Shown here piece after piece: positions 26,299 to 36,840 of a DNA stretch of 39,630 nucleotides. Both the position numbers and the translations under genes were made by a program. Under the pieces are notes generated by a model, which did not search any database, was not told where the DNA came from, and was given only the letters and a program-made list of their open reading frames with translations. The DNA comes from Candidatus Saccharimonadales bacterium (GTDB lineage: Bacteria > Patescibacteriota > Saccharimonadia > Saccharimonadales > DATKHC01). The stretch lies in assembly GCA_038317055.1 (NCBI GenBank), contig JBBQBA010000004.1, forward strand, positions 1 to 39,630, given 5' to 3'. The number at the start of each line of letters is the position of its first letter. Position 1 is the stretch's first letter.

Positions 26299-29019
26299 AT
26301 GATGTTCAAACGTCGGGTAAATGATGACAGAGATATCAAGGGGTCAGTCCTGCTCATGCAGGTACCGCGAACTAATGAAAAAAAAGAATTAGCTGCAGAA
26401 CAGTTATTTGCAAGCCTTCACGGTCTACTTAAGTCTACTGATAATACTTTTAAGTCTTTATATAACGAACGAGTTAGTTTCGAAATTGCTGTTAAAAATA
26501 AACGTATTGGCTTTTATGTATGGGTGCCTGAACACTTAAAGTCATATGTTGAGGATCAGATTTATGCACAGTATCCTACCGTGCAAATATCTGAGGTTGA
26601 TGATTATACAATCACTGATTCAAACACTGAGACTCAGCTAATTGCTGAGCTTAAACTTAGTGCTAATGAAGCGCTACCAATAAAGACATTTCCAAGTTTT
26701 GAAGTGGATCCACTAGCTGCAATCACTGCTGCACTCGCCCAGTTTGATGATAACGAAGAAGCCTGGATTCAACTCGTTATGGGACCAGCTCCAGATAACT
26801 GGTATAAAAGAAGTGAGAGATATGCCGCTAGTTTAAGGGGTCAATCGTCAAACTCTAGCATTATTCGTACAGTTATAGCTCCTGAATCTCGAACCGCTGC
26901 ATCACCTAAGCTTGCAGAGTTTCAATCTACTCAAGCCTCTGCAGTTGAAGAAAAAAGCCATAAACTAGCTTATGAAGTTAGTCTAAGGATTGTATATCGA
27001 GGCAATACTAACCTTACTCAAGGTAAAATGAGGCTTCAAGCGATCACTGCTAGCTTTAAACAGTTCAATACAACTTATTTAAACGGTTTTTCACAGCGAT
27101 ATTTAGGTACCAACAATACACTAACCGACTTATATAAGCGACGTTCGTTTAGCCGTAATAGGTTTGTTTGTAATATTGAGGAAATTGCTAGTTTATATCA
27201 CTTGCCTCACACCAATGTTGAAACACCGAATATTCTTTGGGCTTCAGCAAAAACTGCCGAACCACCAGCTAATTTACCACTCATAAACAGTGAAATGCCC
27301 GAAGTTGTTCGAGCTGAGTTAAGTCCGATAGCAGTCACTAATTTCCGTGGAAGTAATGAAATGTTTGGACTTCCAAGGTCCGATCGTAGCCGACATTTAT
27401 ATATCCTAGGTCAAACTGGAGTTGGAAAGTCAGGTCTTCTTGAGCTTTTAACTATCTCGGACATTTTTAGTCCATATGGTTTTGCAGTAATTGATCCACA
27501 TGGTGACTACGCAATTAACATACTTAAGCGAATTCCTGAGCATAGACACAAAGATGTTGTCTACTTTAATCCGGCTGATGCTGACTTCCCTATCGCTTTT
27601 AATCCAATGGAAGTATATGATTCGAAATTAAAAACTCATACGTGTTCAGAATTAATTGGAGTGTTGAAACGAATATTTGAATCATGGGGACCAAGACTCG
27701 AATATATTCTACGCTACAGCATTTTAGCCCTACTCGACTACCCTGACTCAACTATGCTTGATATAACTAGGATTCTTACAGACGAAAAGTTCCGTAAAGA
27801 TGTAATAACCTACATTATGGATCCTGTCGTAAAGAACTTCTGGACAGTTGAATTTGCCAGCTGGAATGGTCGTTTTGCCACCGAAGCAGTTGCGCCAGTT
27901 CTAAACAAAGTTGGAGCATTTACTGCCAACCCAGTTGTCCGAAATATTATAGGTCAACCTAAGAGCAGCTTTAATATCCGTGAGATCATGGATCAAAGAA
28001 AGATTTTAATCGTAAACTTATCTCGAGGATTAATTGGCGAAGATAATGCAGCACTACTTGGGGCATTACTAGTAACTAAAATGCAAATGGCGGCAATGAG
28101 TCGAGCTGACATCGAAGATATTGATGATCGGATACCTTTCTATTTATATGTGGATGAATTCCAAAACTTTGCCACCGATTCATTTACAACAATTTTAAGT
28201 GAAGCTAGAAAGTATGCGCTTATTTTAACTGTAGCTAACCAATATATTGCTCAAATGACCCCAGGAGTTAAAGATGCTGTTTTTGGAAACGTCGGATCAA
28301 TTATTTCTTTCCGAATGAGTGCTGATGATTCTAGGACAATGGTTAAATATTTTGAACCACACTTTAGTGACTATGATCTTATACATATACACAACCGACA
28401 CTTTGCAATTAATATGACAATTGACGGTGAAAAAGTTCAAGCTTTCTCAGGTACCACCCTAAATCTACCTGTTTCAGAGACAGATTTTAGTGCTGAGATT
28501 ATCCAAAATTCTCGTGATAACTTTGCCTATAAGCGATCAGATATCGAAGATGTTATGAACGAACGATATAACCCAGACTACGTCAGAAAAGCGATTGAAA
28601 AAATAGAAAAACCTGTATCGGTGTTAACCAAAGAAGTAGAACCTCCAAAATCTGCTGAACCTGAAAAACTAACTGAACCAGAACACCATCCGAAAAAACC
28701 AGTTCATATTCTAAAACCTAGTGATGCAATTAAGAAGTTGGGAATATTAGCTAACTCTGCTCTACCTGAGCGAAAAATTGATAAAAAGGATGAACCTAAA
28801 TTAAGTGAAGTAATTGAAATTAAAAAGGAAGAAACCGTTGTTTCGGAACCCCAACAATCACCAAAGCGCCGTAGACATCGAAATAGAAAACCAAATCCAA
28901 ATACTCAGCAACATGAAACAACTAAAGACATTCCGGTTCCAGTTCCTGCTGGACCTATAAAACCCAAACATGGCGAGGTCCAAGAGTTTGGTGAAGATAA
29001 CGTAATTAATCTACGATAG
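26299..29019 (+). CDS. CPR-type VirD4/TrwB-like (T4SS coupling, HerA/FtsK superfamily) ATPase
   Basis: HLYILGQTGVGKS, IDPHGD, LYVDEFQNF, SEARKY..ANQY; charged disordered C-terminal tail. Confidence 0.9.
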   Translation: MMFKRRVNDDRDIKGSVLLMQVPRTNEKKELAAEQLFASLHGLLKSTDNTFKSLYNERVSFEIAVKNKRIGFYVWVPEHLKSYVEDQIYAQYPTVQISEVDDYTITDSNTETQLIAELKLSANEALPIKTFPSFEVDPLAAITAALAQFDDNEEAWIQLVMGPAPDNWYKRSERYAASLRGQSSNSSIIRTVIAPESRTAASPKLAEFQSTQASAVEEKSHKLAYEVSLRIVYRGNTNLTQGKMRLQAITASFKQFNTTYLNGFSQRYLGTNNTLTDLYKRRSFSRNRFVCNIEEIASLYHLPHTNVETPNILWASAKTAEPPANLPLINSEMPEVVRAELSPIAVTNFRGSNEMFGLPRSDRSRHLYILGQTGVGKSGLLELLTISDIFSPYGFAVIDPHGDYAINILKRIPEHRHKDVVYFNPADADFPIAFNPMEVYDSKLKTHTCSELIGVLKRIFESWGPRLEYILRYSILALLDYPDSTMLDITRILTDEKFRKDVITYIMDPVVKNFWTVEFASWNGRFATEAVAPVLNKVGAFTANPVVRNIIGQPKSSFNIREIMDQRKILIVNLSRGLIGEDNAALLGALLVTKMQMAAMSRADIEDIDDRIPFYLYVDEFQNFATDSFTTILSEARKYALILTVANQYIAQMTPGVKDAVFGNVGSIISFRMSADDSRTMVKYFEPHFSDYDLIHIHNRHFAINMTIDGEKVQAFSGTTLNLPVSETDFSAEIIQNSRDNFAYKRSDIEDVMNERYNPDYVRKAIEKIEKPVSVLTKEVEPPKSAEPEKLTEPEHHPKKPVHILKPSDAIKKLGILANSALPERKIDKKDEPKLSEVIEIKKEETVVSEPQQSPKRRRHRNRKPNPNTQQHETTKDIPVPVPAGPIKPKHGEVQEFGEDNVINLR

Positions 29020-30441
29020 TGCATTAATCATTGTGTCTATACGAGCTATAGACTTTTCCTTACCTAGTACTGACATTGTATCTGCAAGACCAGGTGAGCT
29101 GGCTGCTTGAGTTGTTGCTATCCGAATTAAACTAAACAAAACAGCTGGTTTCTGATCTTGTTCAGTGAGCAGATTATTTAATTTATAAGTTAGATCTTCT
29201 ACACTAAAGTCACTGCTTACTAAACTTGCCTTGGTTTTATTTAACAATTCTTTCAATTGGCTTTTATCTAGTGATTTTAAAAATTTATTTTCATCAATTA
29301 GCTTCATATCTACCGGTAGGTCTTTAAAAAAGAATGGAGTAAGTTCTGTGATTTCGCTAAAGTATTTTAGTCTTTCTTGAATCACAGATAATACTTTCTT
29401 TTTGTAATCATCGTCAAATTCAGTCGCTGATTCAGGCCAGAAATCTGAAACTCTTGAATGTAGTTCATCAAGGCTAAGTTTTCGAATATAAACACCGTTC
29501 AAAAAAATTAATTGGTCTTCCCTAAACTGCGCGCCACCTTTTTGTACACGACTTAAATCAAATTTCTGAATAAGCTCCTCTTTAGAAAATATTTCCTGCG
29601 TAGTTCCATCGTTCCATCCTAGTAATGCTACAAAATTCATAAGTGCTTCGGGCATTATTCCCATGTCCCTATATTCAAGAACTTGTTTAGCACCTTCGCG
29701 TTTAGATAATTTTCTTTTTCCGGTTGTATCAAGTACCGGTGGAAGCGTAGCCATCTTAGGAGCTTCAAATCCTAAAGCTTCATATAAATTTAAAAATCTT
29801 GGTACGCTAGATATAAACTCTTGTGATCTAATAACATGAGTAACCTTCATTAAAAAGTCGTCAACTATATGTGCAAAATTATATGTAGGAAAACCATCTG
29901 ACTTTATTAATATAAAATCATCAATTGCCTCAGCACCAGATTTCATTTTACCCATAACTAGATCATTCCACTCGTATGGTTTGGGATTAGACATTAATCT
30001 TAGTGGTTGGCTACCATTCCACACAGGTGGGTTTTCAGGTCGATAGTCTCTAAATAAAAAAGGCTTTTTAGACTGCTTGGCATTTTCTCTTAGCTTATCT
30101 AGTTCATCCTTGGTGCTTACGTCTGCATATGCCCTACCTGACTTAATAAGTTTTTGAGCGAACTCTTGATATTTATCTAGGCGTTCGCTTTGAACATATG
30201 GACCGAAGTCTGATGGCTTATTGGGACCTTCATCCCAATCAATACCGATGAAACTCAAACTATCAATAATATTTTTAACTCCACCTTCTATTGACCTAGC
30301 TTGGTCAGTATCTTCAATTCTAAGGACGAACTGGCCGTTAGCTTTTTTAGCAACAAGCCATGCAAACAAAGCCGTTCTTACTGTACCGGCATGTAGTGCC
30401 CCAGTTGGACTGGGGGCAAAACGGGTTCTAACGCTACTCAT
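29011..30441 (-). CDS. gltX: Glutamate-tRNA ligase
   Basis: RFAPSPTG.LH, LRIEDTD, DGFPTYNFA, KLSKR. Confidence 0.97.
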   Translation of the reverse strand: MSSVRTRFAPSPTGALHAGTVRTALFAWLVAKKANGQFVLRIEDTDQARSIEGGVKNIIDSLSFIGIDWDEGPNKPSDFGPYVQSERLDKYQEFAQKLIKSGRAYADVSTKDELDKLRENAKQSKKPFLFRDYRPENPPVWNGSQPLRLMSNPKPYEWNDLVMGKMKSGAEAIDDFILIKSDGFPTYNFAHIVDDFLMKVTHVIRSQEFISSVPRFLNLYEALGFEAPKMATLPPVLDTTGKRKLSKREGAKQVLEYRDMGIMPEALMNFVALLGWNDGTTQEIFSKEELIQKFDLSRVQKGGAQFREDQLIFLNGVYIRKLSLDELHSRVSDFWPESATEFDDDYKKKVLSVIQERLKYFSEITELTPFFFKDLPVDMKLIDENKFLKSLDKSQLKELLNKTKASLVSSDFSVEDLTYKLNNLLTEQDQKPAVLFSLIRIATTQAASSPGLADTMSVLGKEKSIARIDTMINALS

Positions 30442-30499
30442 TAATAGTTATTGTAAAGGAAAAACTAAAAATCGTGCACCACAAGGTTTTAATAGTGAT

Positions 30500-31621
30500 T
30501 TAACTTGTAGTTACTATTTGACTAATCTGATTCGAAGTTAAACCAGCATTATTTAGTAAATTGTAGTAGACGCCACCGCTAACCCAAACCGTATATTTGC
30601 CATAAGTATAGACAGTTCTACCGCCATATTCAGAAGTTGTATATTGAGTACCAGCTTGAGGAGTTATTACGCTAGATATAAGCGCTTGATTGTCCCAAGT
30701 CGTGTACTGTTCTCCAATACTATAAGCACGCGAGTCACTATTTGAGGTATATTTTAAATTAATATATCCATTTGCTCCCGTGCCCGCGGAGTCGATACTT
30801 TTTAAGCCAAAACCGGCAGGTTTATAACCAGGCAGTGTACCATGAATTCCGGTTTTAGAATTAGCTAAATAAATTGATATATCGGATGAAAATATGTATG
30901 TGGTAATCAGTCCTAAAATAATTACGAATAATATTATTGATATTATCAAAAGCGTTTTTACTGAAATATGAAGTTTTACGGCAATTGGGTCATAAAAGTG
31001 TTCTTTTCTAGGTGCTGTGGGCACATTTGAATCAGCTAGTTTTAAAGCTGCTTCAGTAAAAATGTCGTTTTTTGTTGGGTTCGACTCAATTTGAGACAGT
31101 TGATCAAGATTCTTTAAGTGAACTTCACTATTAGCTGTAGTTTGGATTGACGTTGGATCAGGGCTGATAGGATTAGCTGGAGTCGTCAGTTCATTAAACT
31201 TACCAACAAATTCGCTTTGTTTAATTGCATTTGCACGATCTAACATACTTGCTCGGACAGGTGCTGATGCTTCTACACCCCTCGAAACTGCATGGTCAAT
31301 TTTTCTTTTAGCTATTTTGGGTTGTTCTTTAATTTTAGTTACAGCTGGTTTATTGACAGCCGTTCTCATTAAAGTTTTTGAGCGTTGTGTCACTCTTGTT
31401 ATATGAGGAGCCACACTATGAGGATGGTGTGCTTTAGTTGTGGATAAATCTTTAGAAGTTGGAGACTTTAGGTGGTGTTTACTCTTTGCACCAGTATTAA
31501 AAAAACCGTCAACAATCTTCTTATTGTGCGGATGTTTAGGCTCATTATCGATTTTAACTGGTTTGCCCGTTAACGGGTCATATTTGTGTCCGTTTAGCGA
31601 GATAGTATGAGTATCACTCAC
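30500..31621 (-). CDS. Single-pass membrane protein with DUF4367-like C-terminal domain
   Basis: YDPLTG N-terminus, long basic disordered region, TM helix, LPGYKPAGF..WVSGGVYY. Confidence 0.75.
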   Translation of the reverse strand: MSDTHTISLNGHKYDPLTGKPVKIDNEPKHPHNKKIVDGFFNTGAKSKHHLKSPTSKDLSTTKAHHPHSVAPHITRVTQRSKTLMRTAVNKPAVTKIKEQPKIAKRKIDHAVSRGVEASAPVRASMLDRANAIKQSEFVGKFNELTTPANPISPDPTSIQTTANSEVHLKNLDQLSQIESNPTKNDIFTEAALKLADSNVPTAPRKEHFYDPIAVKLHISVKTLLIISIILFVIILGLITTYIFSSDISIYLANSKTGIHGTLPGYKPAGFGLKSIDSAGTGANGYINLKYTSNSDSRAYSIGEQYTTWDNQALISSVITPQAGTQYTTSEYGGRTVYTYGKYTVWVSGGVYYNLLNNAGLTSNQISQIVTTS

Positions 31622-31741
31622 GATATTACCTTTTTAGTTTTTACTATTATTTGATTTAATCTTAACTCTCATGCTTATTTCTCGCAAGTAGCATGGTCAA
31701 CAATAGACTCAGTCGTTATACTATAAGTTGACTAAATCATT

Positions 31742-33217
31742 ATGGATTTTTTAGACCCAAAAAAAAGACGATCATATAATATTAGACTATTCATAGGCTT
31801 TGTCCTTATTAGTATTGCTATTGTTCTGGCTACGACAATCTTAGCCCTAATAACAGCTGGTTATACAATTAATCGTAAAACCGGACAAGTTGTTCAAGAC
31901 AGTTTAGTATTTATTAATTCTCAGCCAGTTTCATCTTCGATATATATTAATGGAAAATTGTCGGGTACAACTAATGCAAGATTTGACTTGGGAGCTGGAA
32001 ATTACAGCGTGTCACTTAGTCAGTCAGGATATCATCAGTGGTCTAATAAAATAGCACTATATGGTGGTCAAGTTGAGCAATTAAACTATCCATTTCTATT
32101 TCCTACAAGCCCAACTAAGACAGCAACTTTAGCAGTTGCAAGTCAACCAGCGATTTCTTCAACTACTCCAGACAGACACTGGATGCTTGTCTCTATTCCT
32201 GGCCAAGTCGGTAGCTTCAATATTATAGATATAACTAACCCAAAGACACCAATAACATCAATAACTATTCCGACAAGCGTTCTGGCTAGTCCATCAGGAT
32301 CTAATACGCTGACTGCGATTGAATGGTCAACCGATAATCAGCACCTTCTCCTTAAGGATGATTACAGTGGTGGATCTCAATTTATAATGCTGGATAGAAC
32401 TAGCCCAACCGATAGTTTTAATATTAATAAAACTTTTTCCGGTGCTAGTTTCACTAACATTAAACTAGCTAATCAGTCATATAATAAGCTTTATCTATTC
32501 GACCAAGCTTCTGGATCAATATCTTTAGGTGATGTTGGCGCAAAAACTGTTACACCTGTAATTAGTAATGCAATTGCCTTCTGGCCATATGGAAGCAATC
32601 AGATTGTATACACCACACGGGATTCTAAATCTACAAATCTAGTTGATGCCAATCTATGGAACTCAAATGGTCACACCTATACATTACGTACACTTCCGGT
32701 TGGTACTTCCTATCAATTAAACATGGCTTCATTTAATGGAAAGCTATATGTCGTTGTAGGCAGTAGTACTTCAAAGTACGCCTATGTATATTTAAATCCC
32801 CAAGATGATTTTAGCGCCCACCCAGACAAACAACCCTTGCCATATACTTTGCTTGTTGTGACAGGTGCGCTTGAAAACGTAACTTTCTCAAATTCAGCTA
32901 GATTTATTTCCTTGCAAAGTGGTAGTCAATTTGCGATATATGATATTTTGTACGACACTCATTATCGATACGATACTCAACTTGCCTTCGCCCCAACTCA
33001 ACTTGCTACTTGGATGGATGGTAACCGATTAAATGCAGTAATTGATGGCAAATTAACAATTTGGGATTTTGACGGAACTAACATGATTCCATTTACGTTA
33101 GCTGAGCCAGCTTATTTGCCTGCTTACAATCAAAGCTATAATGCCGTATACACAATTAACCAAATAACTGGCCAATGGCAAATTACTAGAAATAGTTTGA
33201 TAGACGGAAAAAGTTAA
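31742..33217 (+). CDS. PEGA-domain membrane-anchored protein with probable beta-propeller
   Basis: TM helix, INSQP..IYING..G.YSV.L...GY..W; C-terminal WDFDGTN. Confidence 0.85.
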   Translation: MDFLDPKKRRSYNIRLFIGFVLISIAIVLATTILALITAGYTINRKTGQVVQDSLVFINSQPVSSSIYINGKLSGTTNARFDLGAGNYSVSLSQSGYHQWSNKIALYGGQVEQLNYPFLFPTSPTKTATLAVASQPAISSTTPDRHWMLVSIPGQVGSFNIIDITNPKTPITSITIPTSVLASPSGSNTLTAIEWSTDNQHLLLKDDYSGGSQFIMLDRTSPTDSFNINKTFSGASFTNIKLANQSYNKLYLFDQASGSISLGDVGAKTVTPVISNAIAFWPYGSNQIVYTTRDSKSTNLVDANLWNSNGHTYTLRTLPVGTSYQLNMASFNGKLYVVVGSSTSKYAYVYLNPQDDFSAHPDKQPLPYTLLVVTGALENVTFSNSARFISLQSGSQFAIYDILYDTHYRYDTQLAFAPTQLATWMDGNRLNAVIDGKLTIWDFDGTNMIPFTLAEPAYLPAYNQSYNAVYTINQITGQWQITRNSLIDGKS

Positions 33218-33247
33218 CCATTAAATAAACCTCAAGTATTTTTACAA

Positions 33248-34525
33248 CTAGAGCCAACTAGTTAATCTACTCCAAAGCGACTGAGAGTTGCTTGGTAGAA
33301 CTGAGGGCTTTGAAGCAGTGTCTTGGCTAGGTCCAGCAGTATTTGATGCCACATTAGGGCTTATTTGATCGCCAACTACATACAATCGATTAATACTGGT
33401 TCCTGGTGGATCACATGTAATTAGGGTGAACGTCGCAGTGTGACCGGGAACATTATTTAAAATACCCACATCATTTGGTGGAACAATATCTTTCTTGAAT
33501 ATCTGATAAACATAGGCATTGCCATTGTAATCTAGCGTAAAAGTATCACCAACTTGTAGATCATGAAGTAATACAAACGCAAACTTATATTTCCCTGGAT
33601 TAAGAATATTATTACTGGAGTGACCGAAAATAGCACCATTTCCATTTTGACCCGGATAGGCTGTAGTTGGATAGTGCACTACACCGTCTTGTAAATTATT
33701 TTCTATTAGATTCTCATCAATTGTCGGCACTGAATATATTACTGGTATCTCAACATTTATCTTTGGAATTATAACCTGTGGATTAGGTCCAACCTGGCCA
33801 CTGCTAGGATCAATTATTGATGCTTGAGCGCTTACGTTTTGGCTGGGTGTAATAAAAGGAGCGATGAATCTTTCATTGAAGAAGCTAAACAAAAATATAA
33901 TTATGAATACTCCACCGACTCCTAATCCGAAAAGTAATGAGTGAAATCTTTGATACCATGCGTTGGAGTTTCGACTTTGTACATGGCTAAGTAGATCCTG
34001 CTTTACCTCCGCAGCCGTTTTTTTTTCAGTCATAGCTGAAGCTGCACGATTTATAGGCGGTTTCGGAACTTTAGGTTTAGGGCCTGGTTTTTGTCGAGTC
34101 TTTTTTTCTGGTTCGTCATGCTCTGGTGGTGCTATATAAGTTGTATGTGCAGTACTGGTTGGTTTAGTATTTTGTTTATTAGCTGCGTAAAATTCTTCCC
34201 AGACTTGGTTTTTCTCAACATTATTTAGTGACATATAATACTCATGCCAAGATGTTTGAACTTCAACTGCACTTTTACCTGATGCCTGAAGTTCTAAAAT
34301 ATATTTTTGATGTTTTGAGTGTCTGTGGTGATCGGTTTTAATCTCTTCAATTTCTTCGCTAGCTGTTGGTTCTTCACCATAAATATTTTTTAGTTTTTGC
34401 CTGATTACGTCTGCAGCAAGATTTAGATCTTCGCTCTTTGCTTGATCGTCGTTGCCCTTATTATTTTTAGGCACTGGCATTTTTGGAATGCCGTCATTAT
34501 TCGAATTATGTTTATCGTCGTCCAT
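33248..34525 (-). CDS. Sortase with long N-terminal cytoplasmic region
   Basis: IIPKINVE.P, GVVHYP.TA.PG, catalytic H (GHSS), TLITC, R. Confidence 0.92.
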   Translation of the reverse strand: MDDDKHNSNNDGIPKMPVPKNNKGNDDQAKSEDLNLAADVIRQKLKNIYGEEPTASEEIEEIKTDHHRHSKHQKYILELQASGKSAVEVQTSWHEYYMSLNNVEKNQVWEEFYAANKQNTKPTSTAHTTYIAPPEHDEPEKKTRQKPGPKPKVPKPPINRAASAMTEKKTAAEVKQDLLSHVQSRNSNAWYQRFHSLLFGLGVGGVFIIIFLFSFFNERFIAPFITPSQNVSAQASIIDPSSGQVGPNPQVIIPKINVEIPVIYSVPTIDENLIENNLQDGVVHYPTTAYPGQNGNGAIFGHSSNNILNPGKYKFAFVLLHDLQVGDTFTLDYNGNAYVYQIFKKDIVPPNDVGILNNVPGHTATFTLITCDPPGTSINRLYVVGDQISPNVASNTAGPSQDTASKPSVLPSNSQSLWSRLTSWL

Positions 34526-34611
34526 AAATAGTTAACTAGTACTAACAGATATAATTATAGTACAATACCAGCTGTCTACCTATCTGTACATTAGCAGAAT
34601 TTAAGACCATT

Positions 34612-34698
34612 GCCGCGGTGGCGGAATTGGTAGACGCGCGGGACTCAAAATCCCGTAAGGGCAACCTTGTGAGAGTTCAATTCTCTCCCGCGGCACCA
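34612..34698 (+). tRNA. tRNA-Leu (CAA)
   Basis: GCCGCGG/CCGCGGC acceptor stem, CGGGA-CTCAAAA-TCCCG, long variable arm, CCA. Confidence 0.97.
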
Positions 34699-34713
34699 TA
34701 TTAATAAGTTAAA

Positions 34714-35508
34714 TTACAAGGTTTGACTGGTTACTGCACTGCAGCTGAGAGCTTCAAATACTTTTGTTTTATTTTGCATAAACCAAACAGCCGCATTTGC
34801 ACTTAGTTTTATTTGTAAGTTACTTGCCTTTTCTATTTTTGTAGAAGATACATAACCCTGCGAAGCAACAATTATGAAATTACTAAACTCTACAACAACA
34901 TTGGCATTATTTAGTTCAGTCATTTCATGAAGAATTTCAATTAAGTTGACTAAGGTTGTTTTTGAAGTAATTGGTTTTGTTACACCAGCAGCATTCGATA
35001 ATTTTTGAAGTTTCGTAATATCCAGTATAAAAGTTACTCCATGATTACGTAGCAACTTAGGAAAAAAACTATTGCAGAAATCAAAAGCATCACCAGAAAT
35101 TATTAAAGTCTCAGAATAGTGTTCCAAAAATTTTTCAAATAAAATAGTAGTATCAGAATTATTGCCAAGTTCGCCAGATAATAATACTGCATCAGCCCAA
35201 TCACTTGTTTCAATAAAATCTGCTAGCGCTCCTTGTGCGAATCCTCCACTTTTAGTTGATGGTCCGTAAATAATATTTTCAGAGTTTTGACCAATCAATT
35301 TTTTAGTTGAATCAGGTATTACTACTTTTACGCTACCGGCACCAGCCTCAGTAGCTGCCATAAAACAGCCAACAGTGTGAGCGAAACCGTTTGTACTACC
35401 ACCAATAATTAAAAGCTTTCCAGCATGAGATTTATTCTCTGGTTTGCTCCAGATTAAATCTGAATATAGTGGTTTATCTAGTGTTTGTTTGAACCAATAA
35501 TCTTCCAT
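34714..35508 (-). CDS. YjeF C-terminal / NAD(P)HX dehydratase-like protein (divergent)
   Basis: NKSHAGKLLIIGGS, AGAGSVKV, WADAVL; ribokinase-like. Confidence 0.75.
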   Translation of the reverse strand: MEDYWFKQTLDKPLYSDLIWSKPENKSHAGKLLIIGGSTNGFAHTVGCFMAATEAGAGSVKVVIPDSTKKLIGQNSENIIYGPSTKSGGFAQGALADFIETSDWADAVLLSGELGNNSDTTILFEKFLEHYSETLIISGDAFDFCNSFFPKLLRNHGVTFILDITKLQKLSNAAGVTKPITSKTTLVNLIEILHEMTELNNANVVVEFSNFIIVASQGYVSSTKIEKASNLQIKLSANAAVWFMQNKTKVFEALSCSAVTSQTL

Positions 35509-35509
35509 A

Positions 35510-36310
35510 TTAAATATCTAAACTAATACTTATTGGACAATGATCAGAGCCATGTACCGAAGGATGGATCTCAGCTTTTTTGACTTTTCCCTTTAATGAA
35601 GCTGACACAAGTATATAGTCGATACGCCAACCTACGTTCCGTTCTCTAGCTTTTGCAAAGTGAGACCACCAACTGTAGTAACCATTGCCTTTTTTAAATA
35701 TTCTGAATGTATCGACAAATCCAGCATCGATAATGTTTTGAAAACCTTCACGTTCTTCATCGGTGAAACCATTTTTACCTATATTTGGTTTTGGGTTAGC
35801 AAGATCTTCAGGCATATGAGCAACGTTTAAATCACCACAAAAAACTACTGGTTTGGTTTTTTCTAAGAGTTTAACGTAAGCTAAAAAAGCTGGATCCCAA
35901 TGTTTATGCCGCAGATCTAATCGACTCAAATCACCCTTTGTGTTTGGGGTATAAACTGTAACCATAAAAAACTTATCGTATTCGGCAGTTATTACCCGGC
36001 CTTCGCTGGCTGAATCACGAGTTTCTGAATCGATAAATTTATATCTAGTTATGAAATCTTCTGGAAATCCATTAGTAATATTTATTGGTTTTATTTTAGA
36101 AAATATTGCAGTTCCAGAATACCCCTTTTTTTCCGCAGAATTCCAGTACTCACTGTAGCCAGGTATTACTACTTCACTTTGAGATTTGTCAGCTTTAGTT
36201 TCCTGGAGACATAGAATGTCTGGATTTGCATGGTCAACTAATGGGATTAATGCATTCTTGCGCCACACAGCTCTTATCCCATTTACGTTCCATGAATATA
36301 TTTTAATCAT
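35510..36310 (-). CDS. xth: Exodeoxyribonuclease III / AP endonuclease
   Basis: SWNVNGIRA, LQETK, GYSGTA, GDLNVAH, GWRIDY, GSDHCP. Confidence 0.96.
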   Translation of the reverse strand: MIKIYSWNVNGIRAVWRKNALIPLVDHANPDILCLQETKADKSQSEVVIPGYSEYWNSAEKKGYSGTAIFSKIKPINITNGFPEDFITRYKFIDSETRDSASEGRVITAEYDKFFMVTVYTPNTKGDLSRLDLRHKHWDPAFLAYVKLLEKTKPVVFCGDLNVAHMPEDLANPKPNIGKNGFTDEEREGFQNIIDAGFVDTFRIFKKGNGYYSWWSHFAKARERNVGWRIDYILVSASLKGKVKKAEIHPSVHGSDHCPISISLDI

Positions 36311-36400
36311 GACTTTTAATTATTTCTATATACAAAGATACCATTAAATGAAATCCCCCTTATATAAGTTCTATAGTACAACTTTTTTAGAATTAAGACT

Positions 36401-36625
36401 CTATCGTTCTTTGGGCCCCTTTTCGATAACTTTATCTATTTGATTTGAAGCCGTCTGTACAACATCGGTTGCCCTGTCGATCTGTTTGCTAACTTCTTTA
36501 TCTATTTCTATTACTTTTTTCTCTATTCTACCTACAGTGTCTTCAATTTTATCTGAACTAATAGACATTATTTCTTCAACTTGATCGAGTGCTGCAATCA
36601 ATTTTTTTTCAAAATCTAGAAACAT
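36401..36625 (-). CDS. Small amphipathic helical protein (74 aa)
   Basis: Start MFLDFEKK; the track's longer ORF runs through tRNA-Ser. Confidence 0.65.
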   Translation of the reverse strand: MFLDFEKKLIAALDQVEEIMSISSDKIEDTVGRIEKKVIEIDKEVSKQIDRATDVVQTASNQIDKVIEKGPKER

Positions 36626-36645
36626 AGTATAAGCATAACATTTTA

Positions 36646-36735
36646 TGGCGGAAAGGGCGGGATTCGAACCCGCGATACGGTTTCCCGTATACACGCTTTC
36701 CAAGCGTGCTCCTTAAACCACTCGGACACCCTTCC
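36646..36735 (-). tRNA. tRNA-Ser (GGA)
   Basis: GGAAGGG/CCTTTCC acceptor stem, CACGC-TTGGAAA-GCGTG, long variable arm, GCCA end. Confidence 0.97.
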
Positions 36736-36840
36736 ATTTATATGAAATTTAATGACTATTTTACTAGTCATAAAAAGTATATAGCATTTTTTATTTAACA
36801 GGTTGCTTAAAGAGTAACTTCACATGTAAACTACTTCTAC

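Noticed and set aside
26299-29019. Conjugative element or ICE
   Set aside because: No relaxase, integrase, VirB genes or att repeats around the ATPase; it is flanked by core-type genes
36626-36703. Track ORF 36401-36703 at full length
   Set aside because: The first 26 codons largely overlap tRNA-Ser; start reassigned to 36625
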